DNA of 64,000 nt from Halarcobacter sp. (GCA_048571215.1 CP182352.1:960001-1024000); one strand, 5' to 3'. Positions 17,658-28,945 are shown, numbered from the stretch's first letter. Numbers and translations: made by a program. Notes: generated by a model from the letters alone, not told the origin.

Positions 17658-19281
17658 ACTTATTGTTTTATTTTATTTAACAAGTAATTTTTTATTTGCT
17701 CTTGAACCAATAAGTTATAAACATGATGATTCAAAAAGTATTGCAATAAACCATAGAGTTAAAAATTCCCATCTAAAAGTATATATGCCAACACTTCCTT
17801 ATTTTAATATATTAAGTTTGATTAATGGAACTTTAGTGCGTTTGAGTGATTCTAATAAAGGATGGGAGTATTATTTAGCTTATAAACACAAAAAAATTGA
17901 TGATTTGACATATGATTTTTGGCTAAGAAAGAATGTAAAATATCAAGATGGCTCAAAATTTGATGCTGATTCTGTAGTTGAGAATTTTAAACACTTTATG
18001 AAAGGACCTTTTTTATACAGTAATATACACAATGCTTTAAGTTATGTTGAGAAGATAGATGATTATAAAATAAGAATTCATCTAAATGAACCTTATGGTA
18101 TGTTATTAAATGACTTGTGTGTAATAAATTTTTATACAAAAGCCTATTATAAAAAATATAATTGGAGACCAAGTTATACTGCACAAAATACTAAAGGGGC
18201 AGGTTTGTATGGGGCAGGACCTTATATCTTAGAAGAAGGATATGCAACAGGATTAGAACAAAGTGAAAAAATAGTTCTAAGGGCAAACCCTTATTATTTT
18301 GAAAAAGATAAACCCTATATAGAAAAAATAACAATATATACTCAATTAACTAATGAAGAGGTTATTAATAAAATATCAAAAAAAGAGGGTGAGTTAGATA
18401 TAGCTTATATCCCTTTTAATAAAAAAACAGAAATAGTTAACTCAAAATATGCAAAACTATTAATCTTGCCATCAAATGGAAATCTTTTAGTACATTTTAA
18501 TTTATTAAAAAAAGACTCAAAGCTAAAGGATGTAAAAGTTAGAAGGGCATTAAATGATGCAATTGATCAAGAGCGATTAATAAAATTCATTTTTAAAAAT
18601 GAGGCAAAAAAAGCTGCTTTTTTATTATCTAGTAATGCTTATTATTCGAAAGAAATATCCAAAAAGTATATAAATAGAAAGTCAAGATTTTCCCAAAAAG
18701 AGTTAAAAACTATATTAAATGGTTTAGTTTTAAATGTTGTTACACAAGATAGGTTTATGTTTATGTGGAAAGGGATTGAGTATCAATTATCAAAATATGG
18801 TGTTAGATTAAAATATTATGTTACAAATGATGAAAAAGTAGTACTAAATAGGCTCTTTGAAAATAAACATAAAAAATATGATTGGGATCTTCTTATTTGG
18901 GGAGATGAGGATTGGAATGGACATCCTTGGACGGGATTTTTTACCTTGTATCCTGATTCAGGTTGGAGCTCTATTTTAAAAGACAAATATTTAGACAAGG
19001 AGTTTCATAAACTTTTTAAACTGGATGTTTCATCTAAAGCATTTCAAAAAGAGGTTGATAAACTTTTATTATACTCTTACGATAAGGCATATACCTTAGT
19101 TCTTCCTTCTGTAAATACAGTAATTGCACTAAATAAAGAGGTGATTTACAAACCATCTAAAATGGCACTTTTCCCCTTGTGGAATGCAAAAATTACACCT
19201 TATCATTGGTCAATTAGAAAAGAAAAACTTCCAAAAGAAAGATTAAAATATCTATATCCTATAAGGTTAAAAAATGATTAA
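17650..19281 (+). CDS. Family-5 extracellular solute-binding protein
   Basis: LRKNVKYQDGS.FDA, GAGPY, VRRALN.AID; no adjacent permease. Confidence 0.85.
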   Translation: MFRLIVLFYLTSNFLFALEPISYKHDDSKSIAINHRVKNSHLKVYMPTLPYFNILSLINGTLVRLSDSNKGWEYYLAYKHKKIDDLTYDFWLRKNVKYQDGSKFDADSVVENFKHFMKGPFLYSNIHNALSYVEKIDDYKIRIHLNEPYGMLLNDLCVINFYTKAYYKKYNWRPSYTAQNTKGAGLYGAGPYILEEGYATGLEQSEKIVLRANPYYFEKDKPYIEKITIYTQLTNEEVINKISKKEGELDIAYIPFNKKTEIVNSKYAKLLILPSNGNLLVHFNLLKKDSKLKDVKVRRALNDAIDQERLIKFIFKNEAKKAAFLLSSNAYYSKEISKKYINRKSRFSQKELKTILNGLVLNVVTQDRFMFMWKGIEYQLSKYGVRLKYYVTNDEKVVLNRLFENKHKKYDWDLLIWGDEDWNGHPWTGFFTLYPDSGWSSILKDKYLDKEFHKLFKLDVSSKAFQKEVDKLLLYSYDKAYTLVLPSVNTVIALNKEVIYKPSKMALFPLWNAKITPYHWSIRKEKLPKERLKYLYPIRLKND

Positions 19282-20926
19282 CTTGAAAATTAGACAAAAG
19301 TTTTTAATATTGGGTTTTATAGCACTAGTATCTTTACTTTTTATAGGATGGTTGTCTTTAAAAATAAATAATGAAAGTTTTAAAAACTCTAATAGTGTAG
19401 TTGTAAATTTTCAAGATACACAGAAAATTCAAACTTTATATATAGAAGATTTATATATGTTACGTGAAACAATCTTATCTTTAGTTATATCACCTAATGA
19501 TGATTTCAAAAAAGAAATAGATAAAAAGATTTCACCTATAATAAAAAAATTAGATGAAAATTTTGATAAGAATCTTAATATGGATAAAACTTATTGGAAC
19601 GAATATAAGAAAATAGCCCTTACTACAAGAGAGTATTCTTTAAATGGTTTTGATGAAGGTGCTTTTATGAATACTTCTACTGTAGAAAGAGATAGTTTTT
19701 ATAGATTAATCAATCAATTAAAGCTTTTACAAAAACAGAAACTAAAAAGTTCTGAATCAAAATTGATTCAATTAAAAAATAATGTTGATAAGAATAATCT
19801 TTTTATAATTATTGGAATATTATTTATAGGAGCAATAGGATTAGTTCTTGATATGACAGTTATTCTTAAAATTATAAAAGGTATTGAATCAATACAAGGA
19901 GGATTAAGAAAATTTTTTAATTATTTAAATAATCCTATGGCTTACAATAATGAGTTACATATTGATATAGATAGTAAAGATGAATTAGGATTAATGTCAG
20001 AGGCAATTAATAGAAGAGTAAAACTAATAAAAGAGAATCTAAATGATGATTATAAATTAATTCAAGAAGCAACATTAACCTTAGATAATTTAAAAGAGGG
20101 TGTATTTGGTAAAAGACTTAAAGAGGAAGGAAAATCAAAAGAATTAAATGTATTAAAAAATGTAATGAACCAAATGATTGATAGTTTGGAAAATAAAATA
20201 CAAGAAGAGATAAACCAAAGAACAAATCAAGAAAAACTTATGATGCAACAATCAAAACTAGCTGCAATGGGAGAGATGATTGGTAATATTGCTCACCAAT
20301 GGAGACAACCTATAAGTGAAATCAATGCTGTTTTAATGGAGTTAGAGACAATCACAAGATATGATAAGTTAGAAAAAGAACACCTTTTAGAAAATATTAG
20401 AATTTGTAATGAAATAACAGAACATATGTCAACAACAATTAGTGATTTTCAAAACTTTTTTAAACCAACAAAGAAAAAAGAGGATTTTTCTGTATTAACA
20501 GCTTGTAAAAAAGCTTTAGCAATTATAAATGCCTCATTAACAAATAATAAAATCAATTTGACATTTGATATTCAAGAAGACAATATAATAAATGGGTATT
20601 CAAGTGAATTTTCACATGCTGTATTAAATATAATCTCAAATGCAAAAGATGCCCTTGTATTAAGAAAAATTAAAAACCCTGAAATAAAAATCAGTATAAA
20701 AATTGGTAAAATTTACACAGTAATTAAAATATTGGATAATGCAGGAGGAATTAAACTCGAAGATATTGATACAATATTTGAACCTTACTTCACAACAAAG
20801 TATGCAAAACAAGGTACAGGAATTGGTTTGTATATGACTAAAATGATTATTGAAAATAATATGGAAGGCTTTGTTTATGCTAAAAATGTCAAAAATGGAG
20901 CTTTATTTACAATAAAAGTAAAATAA
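19274..20926 (+). CDS. Sensor histidine kinase
   Basis: 2 TM, HAMP, IAHQWRQP, NAKDA, DNAGG, GTGIGL. Confidence 0.93.
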   Translation: MINLKIRQKFLILGFIALVSLLFIGWLSLKINNESFKNSNSVVVNFQDTQKIQTLYIEDLYMLRETILSLVISPNDDFKKEIDKKISPIIKKLDENFDKNLNMDKTYWNEYKKIALTTREYSLNGFDEGAFMNTSTVERDSFYRLINQLKLLQKQKLKSSESKLIQLKNNVDKNNLFIIIGILFIGAIGLVLDMTVILKIIKGIESIQGGLRKFFNYLNNPMAYNNELHIDIDSKDELGLMSEAINRRVKLIKENLNDDYKLIQEATLTLDNLKEGVFGKRLKEEGKSKELNVLKNVMNQMIDSLENKIQEEINQRTNQEKLMMQQSKLAAMGEMIGNIAHQWRQPISEINAVLMELETITRYDKLEKEHLLENIRICNEITEHMSTTISDFQNFFKPTKKKEDFSVLTACKKALAIINASLTNNKINLTFDIQEDNIINGYSSEFSHAVLNIISNAKDALVLRKIKNPEIKISIKIGKIYTVIKILDNAGGIKLEDIDTIFEPYFTTKYAKQGTGIGLYMTKMIIENNMEGFVYAKNVKNGALFTIKVK

Positions 20927-21017
20927 ATACAAAATTACATTTTTTCCCCACTTTTTTACAATTATTTAAACTCATATTTCCTTTATACTATAAATATAGA
21001 AAAACTAAAGGAGCAAT

Positions 21018-21605
21018 ATGAAAACGAATTTAATTCTTGGAATGACTTTATTGACAGTTTCATTATATGCAAGTGAAACAATGTACAGTAGCAGTGTAAA
21101 AAACCTATATGAAGCTTCAGATAGCAATGCTGTTAAAGGTAGACTTTTACCCACATCAGAAGTTAAAGTGGTAGAAAAAAATTCAGATAAATCTAAAATA
21201 GAAATTGAAGGGTTTATGAAAGCTGGAGTATCTAATGCCATTTACTTTACAAAGGGGAAAAGAATTTTAGTTGCTGGACTTAGTAAAAAAGGAAAGTTTG
21301 ATATAAAAAAACTTTCATCAAGTAAAGATGAAAATGGTGTAGAGTGGGATAAAGTAGTTTTAACTGCATATACAAAAAATGAAAATCTAACTAAAGATTT
21401 AAAACCCCTATATGATAAAGCAGAAGATTTATTTAAAAATAACTGTTCTATCTGTCATCCTATTCATCCTGTAAGTGAGTTTACAGCTAACCAATGGCCA
21501 AGTATGTTTAAAGCGATGGTGAATAGAACTGCTATTCCAAAACAAGAAAGATATTTAGTAACACAATATTTGCAAAAACATGCAAAAGATATGAAAGGTG
21601 AATAA
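21018..21605 (+). CDS. Monohaem cytochrome c partner of the S/N-oxide reductase
   Basis: Signal peptide, CSICH, FTANQWP..M, YLQKHAKDM (TorC C-terminal-like). Confidence 0.88.
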   Translation: MKTNLILGMTLLTVSLYASETMYSSSVKNLYEASDSNAVKGRLLPTSEVKVVEKNSDKSKIEIEGFMKAGVSNAIYFTKGKRILVAGLSKKGKFDIKKLSSSKDENGVEWDKVVLTAYTKNENLTKDLKPLYDKAEDLFKNNCSICHPIHPVSEFTANQWPSMFKAMVNRTAIPKQERYLVTQYLQKHAKDMKGE

Positions 21606-21606
21606 T

Positions 21607-24090
21607 ATGAAAAATATTGATCAAAAAAGAAGAGGGTTTTTAAAAGTTGCTGCATTATTTAGTACGGTTCCATTTATTGATGCAATTACAAAAAGAGGTG
21701 AATTACTTGCAGGTACAATTGCAAAATTTTCTTCAAAACTAGTTGTAAATGGTGAAGTATTAACAGCCGCTCACTGGGGTATGTTAAAGTTAACTATAAA
21801 AAATGGGAAAGTTGTAAAATCTGAACCTTATCAAAAAACTTCAGATATTAAAAATTCATTACAATATTATACTCAAGATTTAGTATATGCAGATGATAGA
21901 ATAAAATATCCAATGGTAAGAAAATCTTATTTAGAAAATCCAGATAGTCCTAAACCTGAATTAAGAGGTAATGATGAATGGGTTAGAGTTCCATATGAAA
22001 AAGCAATAAAATTAATAGCAAAAGAGCTTAAAAAAACAAGAAAAGAGAAAGGTGCAGAGGGGGTTTTTGCCGGAAGTTATGGTTGGAAAAGTAGTGGTAG
22101 TATCCATAACTGTAGAGTTTTATTACATAGATTTATGACTGCAACAGGTGGATTTACTGGTACTGTTGGTGATTATTCAACTGGTGCATCGCAAGTAATT
22201 ATGCCACATGTATTGGGTACACTTGAAGTGTATGAACAACAAACTTCATGGCCTGTGGTATTAGAAAGTTCAAAAGTTATCGTAATTTGGGGTGCAAATC
22301 CACTTGCAACTCTAAAAATTGCTTGGACTTCAAGTGATGAAAATGGATTTAAATATTTTGAAGAGTTAAAAAAATCTGGTAAAAAAATCATTTGTATTGA
22401 TCCATATAAAACAGAAACTTGTGAATACTTAGATGCACAATGGGTTGCACCAAATCCAAATACAGACGTTGCAATGATGATGGGGATGGTACATACACTA
22501 TTAGAAGCAAAAAAATATGATGCAGACTTTTTATCTGATTATACTGAAGGTTTTGATAAATTCAAAGAGTATTTATACGGAAAAGAAGATGGTATTGTAA
22601 AAAGTGCTAAATGGGCATCTAAAATTTGTGGAGTTGATGAAAAAACTATTAATTCATTGGCTAATCTATTCTATGATAATAGAACTATGTTTATGTCTGG
22701 ATGGGGAATGCAAAGAGCTCATCATGGGGAACAACCTCACTGGATGTTAGTAACTCTTGCTTCAGTTATTGGACAAATTGGACTTCCTGGTGGTGGATTT
22801 GGATTATCTTATCACTATGCAAATGGTGGAGTTCCTACTGCAAAAAGTGCTATTATTGGTGGTATTACTGCAAATGTTACTCCATCTAAAGATGAGGGTG
22901 GTGCAGCTTGGCTAAAAAATGCAGCTAAATATTCTTTCCCTGTTGCTAGAATTGCTGATGCTTTACTAAACCCAGGAAAAACAATTGATTTTAATGGTAA
23001 AAAAGTTACTTATCCAGAGATTGATTTTATCTATTGGGTAGGTGGAAATCCATTAGTTCATCATCAAGATACAAATACCTTATTAAAAGCTTGGAGAGTA
23101 CCAAGAACTGTTGTTGTTAATGAAGCATTCTGGACACCAACTGCAAGAATGGCAGATATTGTAATGCCAACAACAACTTCATATGAAAGAAATGATATCA
23201 CTGCAACAGGTGATTATTCAAATTTAAATATTGTTCCTATGAAACAAGCAGTTAAAAAACAGTTTGAAGCAAGAGATGATTATCAAATCTTTAGTGACTT
23301 ATCAAAAGAGTTTGGTGTATTTGAAAAATATACTCAAAATAAAACTGATTTGCAATGGGTAGAAGAGTTTTATACAAAAGCTTATAATCAAGCACAAAAA
23401 ATGAAATTACCAATGCCAACATTTAGAGAGTTTTGGAGTAAAAACCAACCAATAACTTTTGATGTTCCATATGAAAATACACAATTTGTAAGATATGCTG
23501 ATTTTAGAGAAGATCCAATCTTAAATCCACTTGGAACGCCATCTGGAAGAATAGAGATATATTCTAAAACAATAGAAAAAATGAATTACAAAGATTGTAA
23601 AGCACATCCAACTTGGTTCGAACCAGCTGAGTGGGTAGGTATGAAAGAAAAACCTGCAGAGTTTGCATTAATCTCTCCACACCCAAGTGATAGACTGCAC
23701 TCTCAACTTAACAATACAAGTTTAAGAAAAAAATATGCAGTTGCAAATAGGGAACCAATCTGGATTAATACAAAAGATGCAAAAGCAAAAGGTATTAAAT
23801 CTGGTGATATAGTAAGAGTATTCAATAAAAGAGGTGAAATCTTAACCGGTGCCATTGTAACGGATGGATTAAAACCTGGAATTGTAAGAGTTCAAGAGGG
23901 TGCTTGGTATGATCCTTTGGAGAAAGGAAAAATTGGAACATTATGTAAAAATGGTTCAGCAAACCTTTTAACAAAAGATATTCCAACTTCAGAATTAGCT
24001 GATGGAAATAGTTCAAATACAGCTTTAGTAAATATTGAAAAATATACAAAAAAAGCACCTGCCTTAACTATCTTTAAACAACCAAGTTAA
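21607..24090 (+). CDS. torA: Molybdopterin TMAO/DMSO/biotin-sulfoxide reductase
   Basis: Tat motif RRGFLK, AAHWG, GSYGWKSSG, GDYSTGA, RLHSQL. Confidence 0.85.
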   Translation: MKNIDQKRRGFLKVAALFSTVPFIDAITKRGELLAGTIAKFSSKLVVNGEVLTAAHWGMLKLTIKNGKVVKSEPYQKTSDIKNSLQYYTQDLVYADDRIKYPMVRKSYLENPDSPKPELRGNDEWVRVPYEKAIKLIAKELKKTRKEKGAEGVFAGSYGWKSSGSIHNCRVLLHRFMTATGGFTGTVGDYSTGASQVIMPHVLGTLEVYEQQTSWPVVLESSKVIVIWGANPLATLKIAWTSSDENGFKYFEELKKSGKKIICIDPYKTETCEYLDAQWVAPNPNTDVAMMMGMVHTLLEAKKYDADFLSDYTEGFDKFKEYLYGKEDGIVKSAKWASKICGVDEKTINSLANLFYDNRTMFMSGWGMQRAHHGEQPHWMLVTLASVIGQIGLPGGGFGLSYHYANGGVPTAKSAIIGGITANVTPSKDEGGAAWLKNAAKYSFPVARIADALLNPGKTIDFNGKKVTYPEIDFIYWVGGNPLVHHQDTNTLLKAWRVPRTVVVNEAFWTPTARMADIVMPTTTSYERNDITATGDYSNLNIVPMKQAVKKQFEARDDYQIFSDLSKEFGVFEKYTQNKTDLQWVEEFYTKAYNQAQKMKLPMPTFREFWSKNQPITFDVPYENTQFVRYADFREDPILNPLGTPSGRIEIYSKTIEKMNYKDCKAHPTWFEPAEWVGMKEKPAEFALISPHPSDRLHSQLNNTSLRKKYAVANREPIWINTKDAKAKGIKSGDIVRVFNKRGEILTGAIVTDGLKPGIVRVQEGAWYDPLEKGKIGTLCKNGSANLLTKDIPTSELADGNSSNTALVNIEKYTKKAPALTIFKQPS

Positions 24091-24122
24091 AAAAGAAAGG
24101 AGATTTTCTCTCCTTTTCTTTT
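24091..24122 (+). terminator. Intrinsic terminator
   Basis: AAAAGAAAGGAGA-TTTTC-TCTCCTTTTCTTTT right after the stop codon. Confidence 0.8.
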
Positions 24123-24181
24123 CTTCCTTAAAGCTTAGCTTACTTTTGATAAAATCTAAAAAAATTTAAGGGAATTAAAAA

Positions 24182-25102
24182 TTGTTAGAAACTCTTGAGT
24201 CTTGTATAAACAAAAATATGGAAACTAAAACAAAAGAGTTTAAAAGACTTTTTCATGGAAGAGGTAATTTTTATGCTGATTTTGAATATCTAACAGTAGA
24301 TAGTATAGATAATATTTTATTAGTAGTTTTTTATAAACAAGTAGAAATAGAAGAAGAGATTTTAAAACTTATGAAAACTATTTTTGATAAACACTCTTTT
24401 AAATCTTTAGTTCTTCAAAGAAGATATTTACCAAATCAACCCCATGAAATTTTAATAGGCAATTTAAATGATAACTTGTATCTAATAGAAAATAATTTGA
24501 AATTTTCTATAAACTTTCAAAATAGAAATCTAGGAATATTTACTGATATGAAAATAGGGCGTGAGTATTTAGCTTCTATTTCAAAAGATAAAAATGTATT
24601 AAATCTTTTTTCATATACCTGTGCTTTTTCTGTATATGCTCTATCACATGGTGCTAGGCAAGTTGTAAATGTAGATATGTCAAAGGGTGCTTTAAGTACA
24701 GGGAAACAAAACCATTATATAAACAACCTAGATGTAAGAAAAGCAAAGTTTCTACCTTTGAATATTTTAAAATCATGGAGTAGAATAAAAAAGTTTGCCC
24801 CCTATGATGTGATAGTTGTAGATCCTCCATCTTTTCAAAAAGGAAGTTTTGCAGCAACAAAAGATTATGAAAAGATTATAAAAAGACTTGAAAGTTTAGC
24901 AAGTGATGATTGTATAGTTATCTCTTGTTTAAATGCTCCAGAGTTAGATACTGATTTTATAAAAGAACTATTTGCAAAAAATGCACCTGAGTTTGAATTT
25001 GTAAAACGATTAAAAAACTTAAATACTTTTCCAAGTAATGATGAACAGAAGAGTTTAAAAAATCTTATTTTTAAAAGAAAAACAGATGATAGCAAATCCT
25101 AA
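24182..25102 (+). CDS. Class I SAM-dependent methyltransferase (RlmI-like)
   Basis: VLNLFSYTCAFS, DPPSF. Confidence 0.85.
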   Translation: MLETLESCINKNMETKTKEFKRLFHGRGNFYADFEYLTVDSIDNILLVVFYKQVEIEEEILKLMKTIFDKHSFKSLVLQRRYLPNQPHEILIGNLNDNLYLIENNLKFSINFQNRNLGIFTDMKIGREYLASISKDKNVLNLFSYTCAFSVYALSHGARQVVNVDMSKGALSTGKQNHYINNLDVRKAKFLPLNILKSWSRIKKFAPYDVIVVDPPSFQKGSFAATKDYEKIIKRLESLASDDCIVISCLNAPELDTDFIKELFAKNAPEFEFVKRLKNLNTFPSNDEQKSLKNLIFKRKTDDSKS

Positions 25103-25310
25103 AATCTGCCCCATTTGTAAAAAAGAAAATAAGTGTGAAGCCCATATCCCAAACAATGATTGCTGGTGCAATCATATAAAAGTACCTGCAAAACTAAGGG
25201 AGTTTATCCCTGAAGAGTTTAAGATGAAAGCTTGTATTTGCAAAGATTGTGTAGAGCTTTTTATAAAAGATGAAGATAGTTTTATAAAAAGGTATTTTAA
25301 ATATCTCTAA
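25086..25310 (+). CDS. Cysteine-rich CWC family protein
   Basis: CPIC..N.C, CWC, CICKDC. Confidence 0.85.
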   Translation: MIANPKICPICKKENKCEAHIPNNDCWCNHIKVPAKLREFIPEEFKMKACICKDCVELFIKDEDSFIKRYFKYL

Positions 25311-26010
25311 CATCTATAAACTCTCCACTTTCAAATTGATCAATTTTTTCAATTAGATTATGTAGCCTTTCAGCTGCATCAAGTGGTTGTTGTATTTCAC
25401 CTTGTTTTAAAACCTTTGCAGAGGTGTAAATATTATCATCAACTTCAAATCTTATAACATCAGTCATTGGTGTTTCAATAACACCTGGTGCAACTGAGAG
25501 GAGTTTTGTATTTGTCATCTCTTTTGAATATAGATTGATAAGCATATTTAGTGAAGATTTTGATAAAGAGTAAGCTCCCCAGCCTTTTGAACCATTTTTT
25601 GAAGCTCCAGATGAGATAGCTATGATATTTTTTACATTTTTTAGGTTTAATATATCCAAAAGCTCTTTATTTGCGTAAACATTAAGATTCATTACCTTTT
25701 GTATCTCATCTAAAGATAGTTTTCCCATCTCTTTTATTTCACCTAACATTCCTGCATTTAAATACACAGTATTTATATTGCCAATACTATCTATAAAAGG
25801 TGTTAAACTATTTTTAATATCGTAAGTTTTACTTAAATCAAAGCTTTTATATATAAGGTTTTTATCTTTTATATTTGGCTTATTTCTACTTATGCCATAT
25901 ACTATATAGCCTTCTTCTAGATAAAAGTTTGTTAATGCAAGTCCAAGTCCTGAACTGCATCCTGTAATTAATATTTTTTTATTTAATTTTTCCATGATAA
26001 AGATTATCAT
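25297..26010 (-). CDS. SDR-family oxidoreductase
   Basis: TGCSSGLG, NAG, YSLSK. Confidence 0.9.
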   Translation of the reverse strand: MIIFIMEKLNKKILITGCSSGLGLALTNFYLEEGYIVYGISRNKPNIKDKNLIYKSFDLSKTYDIKNSLTPFIDSIGNINTVYLNAGMLGEIKEMGKLSLDEIQKVMNLNVYANKELLDILNLKNVKNIIAISSGASKNGSKGWGAYSLSKSSLNMLINLYSKEMTNTKLLSVAPGVIETPMTDVIRFEVDDNIYTSAKVLKQGEIQQPLDAAERLHNLIEKIDQFESGEFIDVRDI

Positions 26011-26106
26011 CTTTTTTATTTAAATTACTTTACAAAATAGAGCACTTTGGGTATAATCCAGCTAATTTAGACAATGGGAGAAAAGTATTTTTACTTTTAA
26101 AATAGT

Positions 26107-27222
26107 TTGCAGCAGTTAAAAATATCAAAAGAGATTAAAAATTTAGAGATAAATAAGATAAAAGAACATCTTTTTTATTATAAATATTACACAAAAAATA
26201 TTAGATCAATTTTAAAAAATAGTAATGAAGAAGAGTTAGATTTAGAAAGTCTTGCCACTTATAATAGTTTTGTAGGTGAAGTATATGAAAATATCATATA
26301 TGAGTTCTTACTTGATTATGCTTTACATAATGATTATATTACAAAGTTTGTTTTAAAAGGTCCACATCAAAATAGAGTTGACAAGTTTTATAAAACTGGT
26401 TTGATGATAGATAGGTCTTTACAAATAGTTTACAAATCAAACTTTAAAGATATAAGTGAATTTGATGCTTTATTTTTCACAAAAGATTCATTATATTTTG
26501 TAGAGATGAGTACTTCTAAAAAAACTGCAAGTTTAAATAAAAGATTAGATAAAAAATATGCACTATTAAAGGTTTTATTTCCAAGTTTACATATAAAGGC
26601 TTTGATAGTTTTAACTGAAGGTTCAACAGGACTAAGAAGATTTCCCTCATATTGCACTATTTGGATAACAAAAGATTTAACAAATAAAGATTTATTAAAT
26701 AAAGTGATATATTCCCACAAAAGAAAAAACTTTGAGACCCCATATACTCAAAAGAAGTTTATTGAGGCTTATACTATAAGACATAAGAGGTTTATATATT
26801 TTCAAACTTTAGATTGGATATTTAAAAATGCAAATAAAAAAGTTGAAGGAATAACAAATTTAGAGTTTTTTAAATCATCAAAGGTTTCTTTATATTTTGA
26901 TATCTATACAAAACTATATATAGGGTTTTTAAAAGCTGAAGAGTTTTTAACTTTAGTTCCAAGTTATGATAGCCAAATAGAAAATGTATTTGTAAGTATC
27001 GAAAAGATAAATAGCAAAGAGTTTGATTTGGTTTATTATGTTAAAAATGTAAATGGAAAACTAAGAAGAGTTAGAATCACAAGAGAAATCTCCATAAAAG
27101 ATAAAGAGTTAGATGGCTTTACAAATGCAGAAGTTAGGTTTATGAAATATTTAATTGAAGATAAATATTTTATGGGTTTAGATGAGATATCAACTCTTAG
27201 TTTAAAGCTGAGAGAGTTTTAG
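26107..27222 (+). CDS. Hypothetical protein, possible PD-(D/E)XK-like fold
   Basis: 371 aa; GEVYE ... EFDALF ... VEMSTSK. Confidence 0.6.
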   Translation: MQQLKISKEIKNLEINKIKEHLFYYKYYTKNIRSILKNSNEEELDLESLATYNSFVGEVYENIIYEFLLDYALHNDYITKFVLKGPHQNRVDKFYKTGLMIDRSLQIVYKSNFKDISEFDALFFTKDSLYFVEMSTSKKTASLNKRLDKKYALLKVLFPSLHIKALIVLTEGSTGLRRFPSYCTIWITKDLTNKDLLNKVIYSHKRKNFETPYTQKKFIEAYTIRHKRFIYFQTLDWIFKNANKKVEGITNLEFFKSSKVSLYFDIYTKLYIGFLKAEEFLTLVPSYDSQIENVFVSIEKINSKEFDLVYYVKNVNGKLRRVRITREISIKDKELDGFTNAEVRFMKYLIEDKYFMGLDEISTLSLKLREF

Positions 27223-28945
27223 TTTCTAACTCTTTTTTCTCATAATTTGGGTTATATAAAACATCAGCTTGTATTTTATCTAAGTCATAAATATCATCCC
27301 TAAAGTTTATTTTTTTATTTTCATCTATCCAAGTTGTTAAATATACTATATGCACAGGAACTTTTTGTTCTAAATCTAAATCAACTTCAACTTTTAGATT
27401 CAATAATTGTGTATAATCCATCCCATCGTATATCTTTTCATCTTTAAGTATATCTAGAAGTAGTTGTTTGGGATTATTTACTCTTATACAACCATGGGAA
27501 TAGGCTCTTTTTGTTCTATTGAAGTATCTTTTATATGGGGTGTCATGTAGATAAACAGAATATTTATTGGGAAACATAAATTTCATTTTGCCAAGGGGGT
27601 TTTTATTGTCAGGAAATTGTATAAACCTCATAGGTGCTTCTTTATCATTACCAATTATGTTATTGTCTAAATACATACTCCAATCTACAAATGAAACATC
27701 ATATTCTATAGAATTTATATCCCAATTCTCAAAAACCTTTATATTTTTTTCTTTTAAATAGTTTGGATTTTCTATAAGTTTTGATATAAGCTCTTTTTTT
27801 ACAATATTTTGTGGGATTCTCCAATAAGGATTTACTATTATCTCAGACATTCTGTGACTAAATATAGGTGTTGGATTCTCTTTTTTACCTACAATTACAG
27901 CTGTTTCAAACTCTAAATTGTTTTTATTAAAAAGTTTTAATCTATAATCAGGAATATTTACATATATAAATTTTTCACCAAAATTACTTGGAAGAAGTCT
28001 TATTCTTTCAAGATTTACTCTAATCTTTTCTATCTTTTTTTCCACTGGAATGTTTAATGCTTTTATAGTATTGTTTCCAATTATTCCATCAATCTCTAAG
28101 CCATATCTTTTTTGAAAGCTCTTTACAGCTTCAAAAAGTTCTTTATCAAAATTCATATCACAATAGCTTTCATCAAAAGAACATGCAAAATCATCTAAAT
28201 CTTTACTTTGTATCAATCTTCTTCTTATATCTTTAATCTCTTCGTATGAGTTACCTTTTTTTAAAGAGATATTTGATTTACTTACCTTTACAAAACCACC
28301 CGTAGATAATATAGTTTTATACTCTTCTATCTTTTGTTTTAAAAGTGATGTATTATAAAAGGGATTTTCTATCTTTTCTTCAATAATTGATAAGGAATTA
28401 TTTTCTACAACTTTATAAAGTAATTTTCTAAAGTTTATATATTTTTTATATTTTTGCCAATTTAAATCTAAATCCTCTTGTTCTTTTAGGTATAAAAGTT
28501 CATTTTCAAAACTTCCCCAATCTATTACACCATTAGATAAATAGCTTATATATTGATGATAGATATTTGTTAATTTTATATCCAAATCTATAATCTCTGA
28601 AACTGGTGAATTTTCATTAAGTTCTGATAACTTTATTTCAATGTCTTTTAAATCAAAAATTTTTTTATCAAGAATTGGTTTTAAAACTTCATCTTTTTTT
28701 ATTGTTTCAATTAGTTTGCTTGTGATACTTTTGGGAATATTTTCATCAAACCAAAAAAGTTTATAGTCAAAATTTTTATAGTATTTATTCATTAAAGTTT
28801 TAGAAAAAAAGAAAGGTTTACTTTTTTTTATAGTTTTTTTAATATCAGATTTTAATATATCTGGTGTATTTTTAATAAGCTTTATTGAATCTGCCTCTAA
28901 AAATAGACTAAATATAAATATCTCAAAAATTATTTTTTTATACAT
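27197..28945 (-). CDS. L,D-transpeptidase (YcbB/LdtD-like)
   Basis: PG-binding AVKSFQKRYGL..DG; YLHDTP, SHGCIRV. Confidence 0.9.
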   Translation of the reverse strand: MYKKIIFEIFIFSLFLEADSIKLIKNTPDILKSDIKKTIKKSKPFFFSKTLMNKYYKNFDYKLFWFDENIPKSITSKLIETIKKDEVLKPILDKKIFDLKDIEIKLSELNENSPVSEIIDLDIKLTNIYHQYISYLSNGVIDWGSFENELLYLKEQEDLDLNWQKYKKYINFRKLLYKVVENNSLSIIEEKIENPFYNTSLLKQKIEEYKTILSTGGFVKVSKSNISLKKGNSYEEIKDIRRRLIQSKDLDDFACSFDESYCDMNFDKELFEAVKSFQKRYGLEIDGIIGNNTIKALNIPVEKKIEKIRVNLERIRLLPSNFGEKFIYVNIPDYRLKLFNKNNLEFETAVIVGKKENPTPIFSHRMSEIIVNPYWRIPQNIVKKELISKLIENPNYLKEKNIKVFENWDINSIEYDVSFVDWSMYLDNNIIGNDKEAPMRFIQFPDNKNPLGKMKFMFPNKYSVYLHDTPYKRYFNRTKRAYSHGCIRVNNPKQLLLDILKDEKIYDGMDYTQLLNLKVEVDLDLEQKVPVHIVYLTTWIDENKKINFRDDIYDLDKIQADVLYNPNYEKKELETKTLSALN

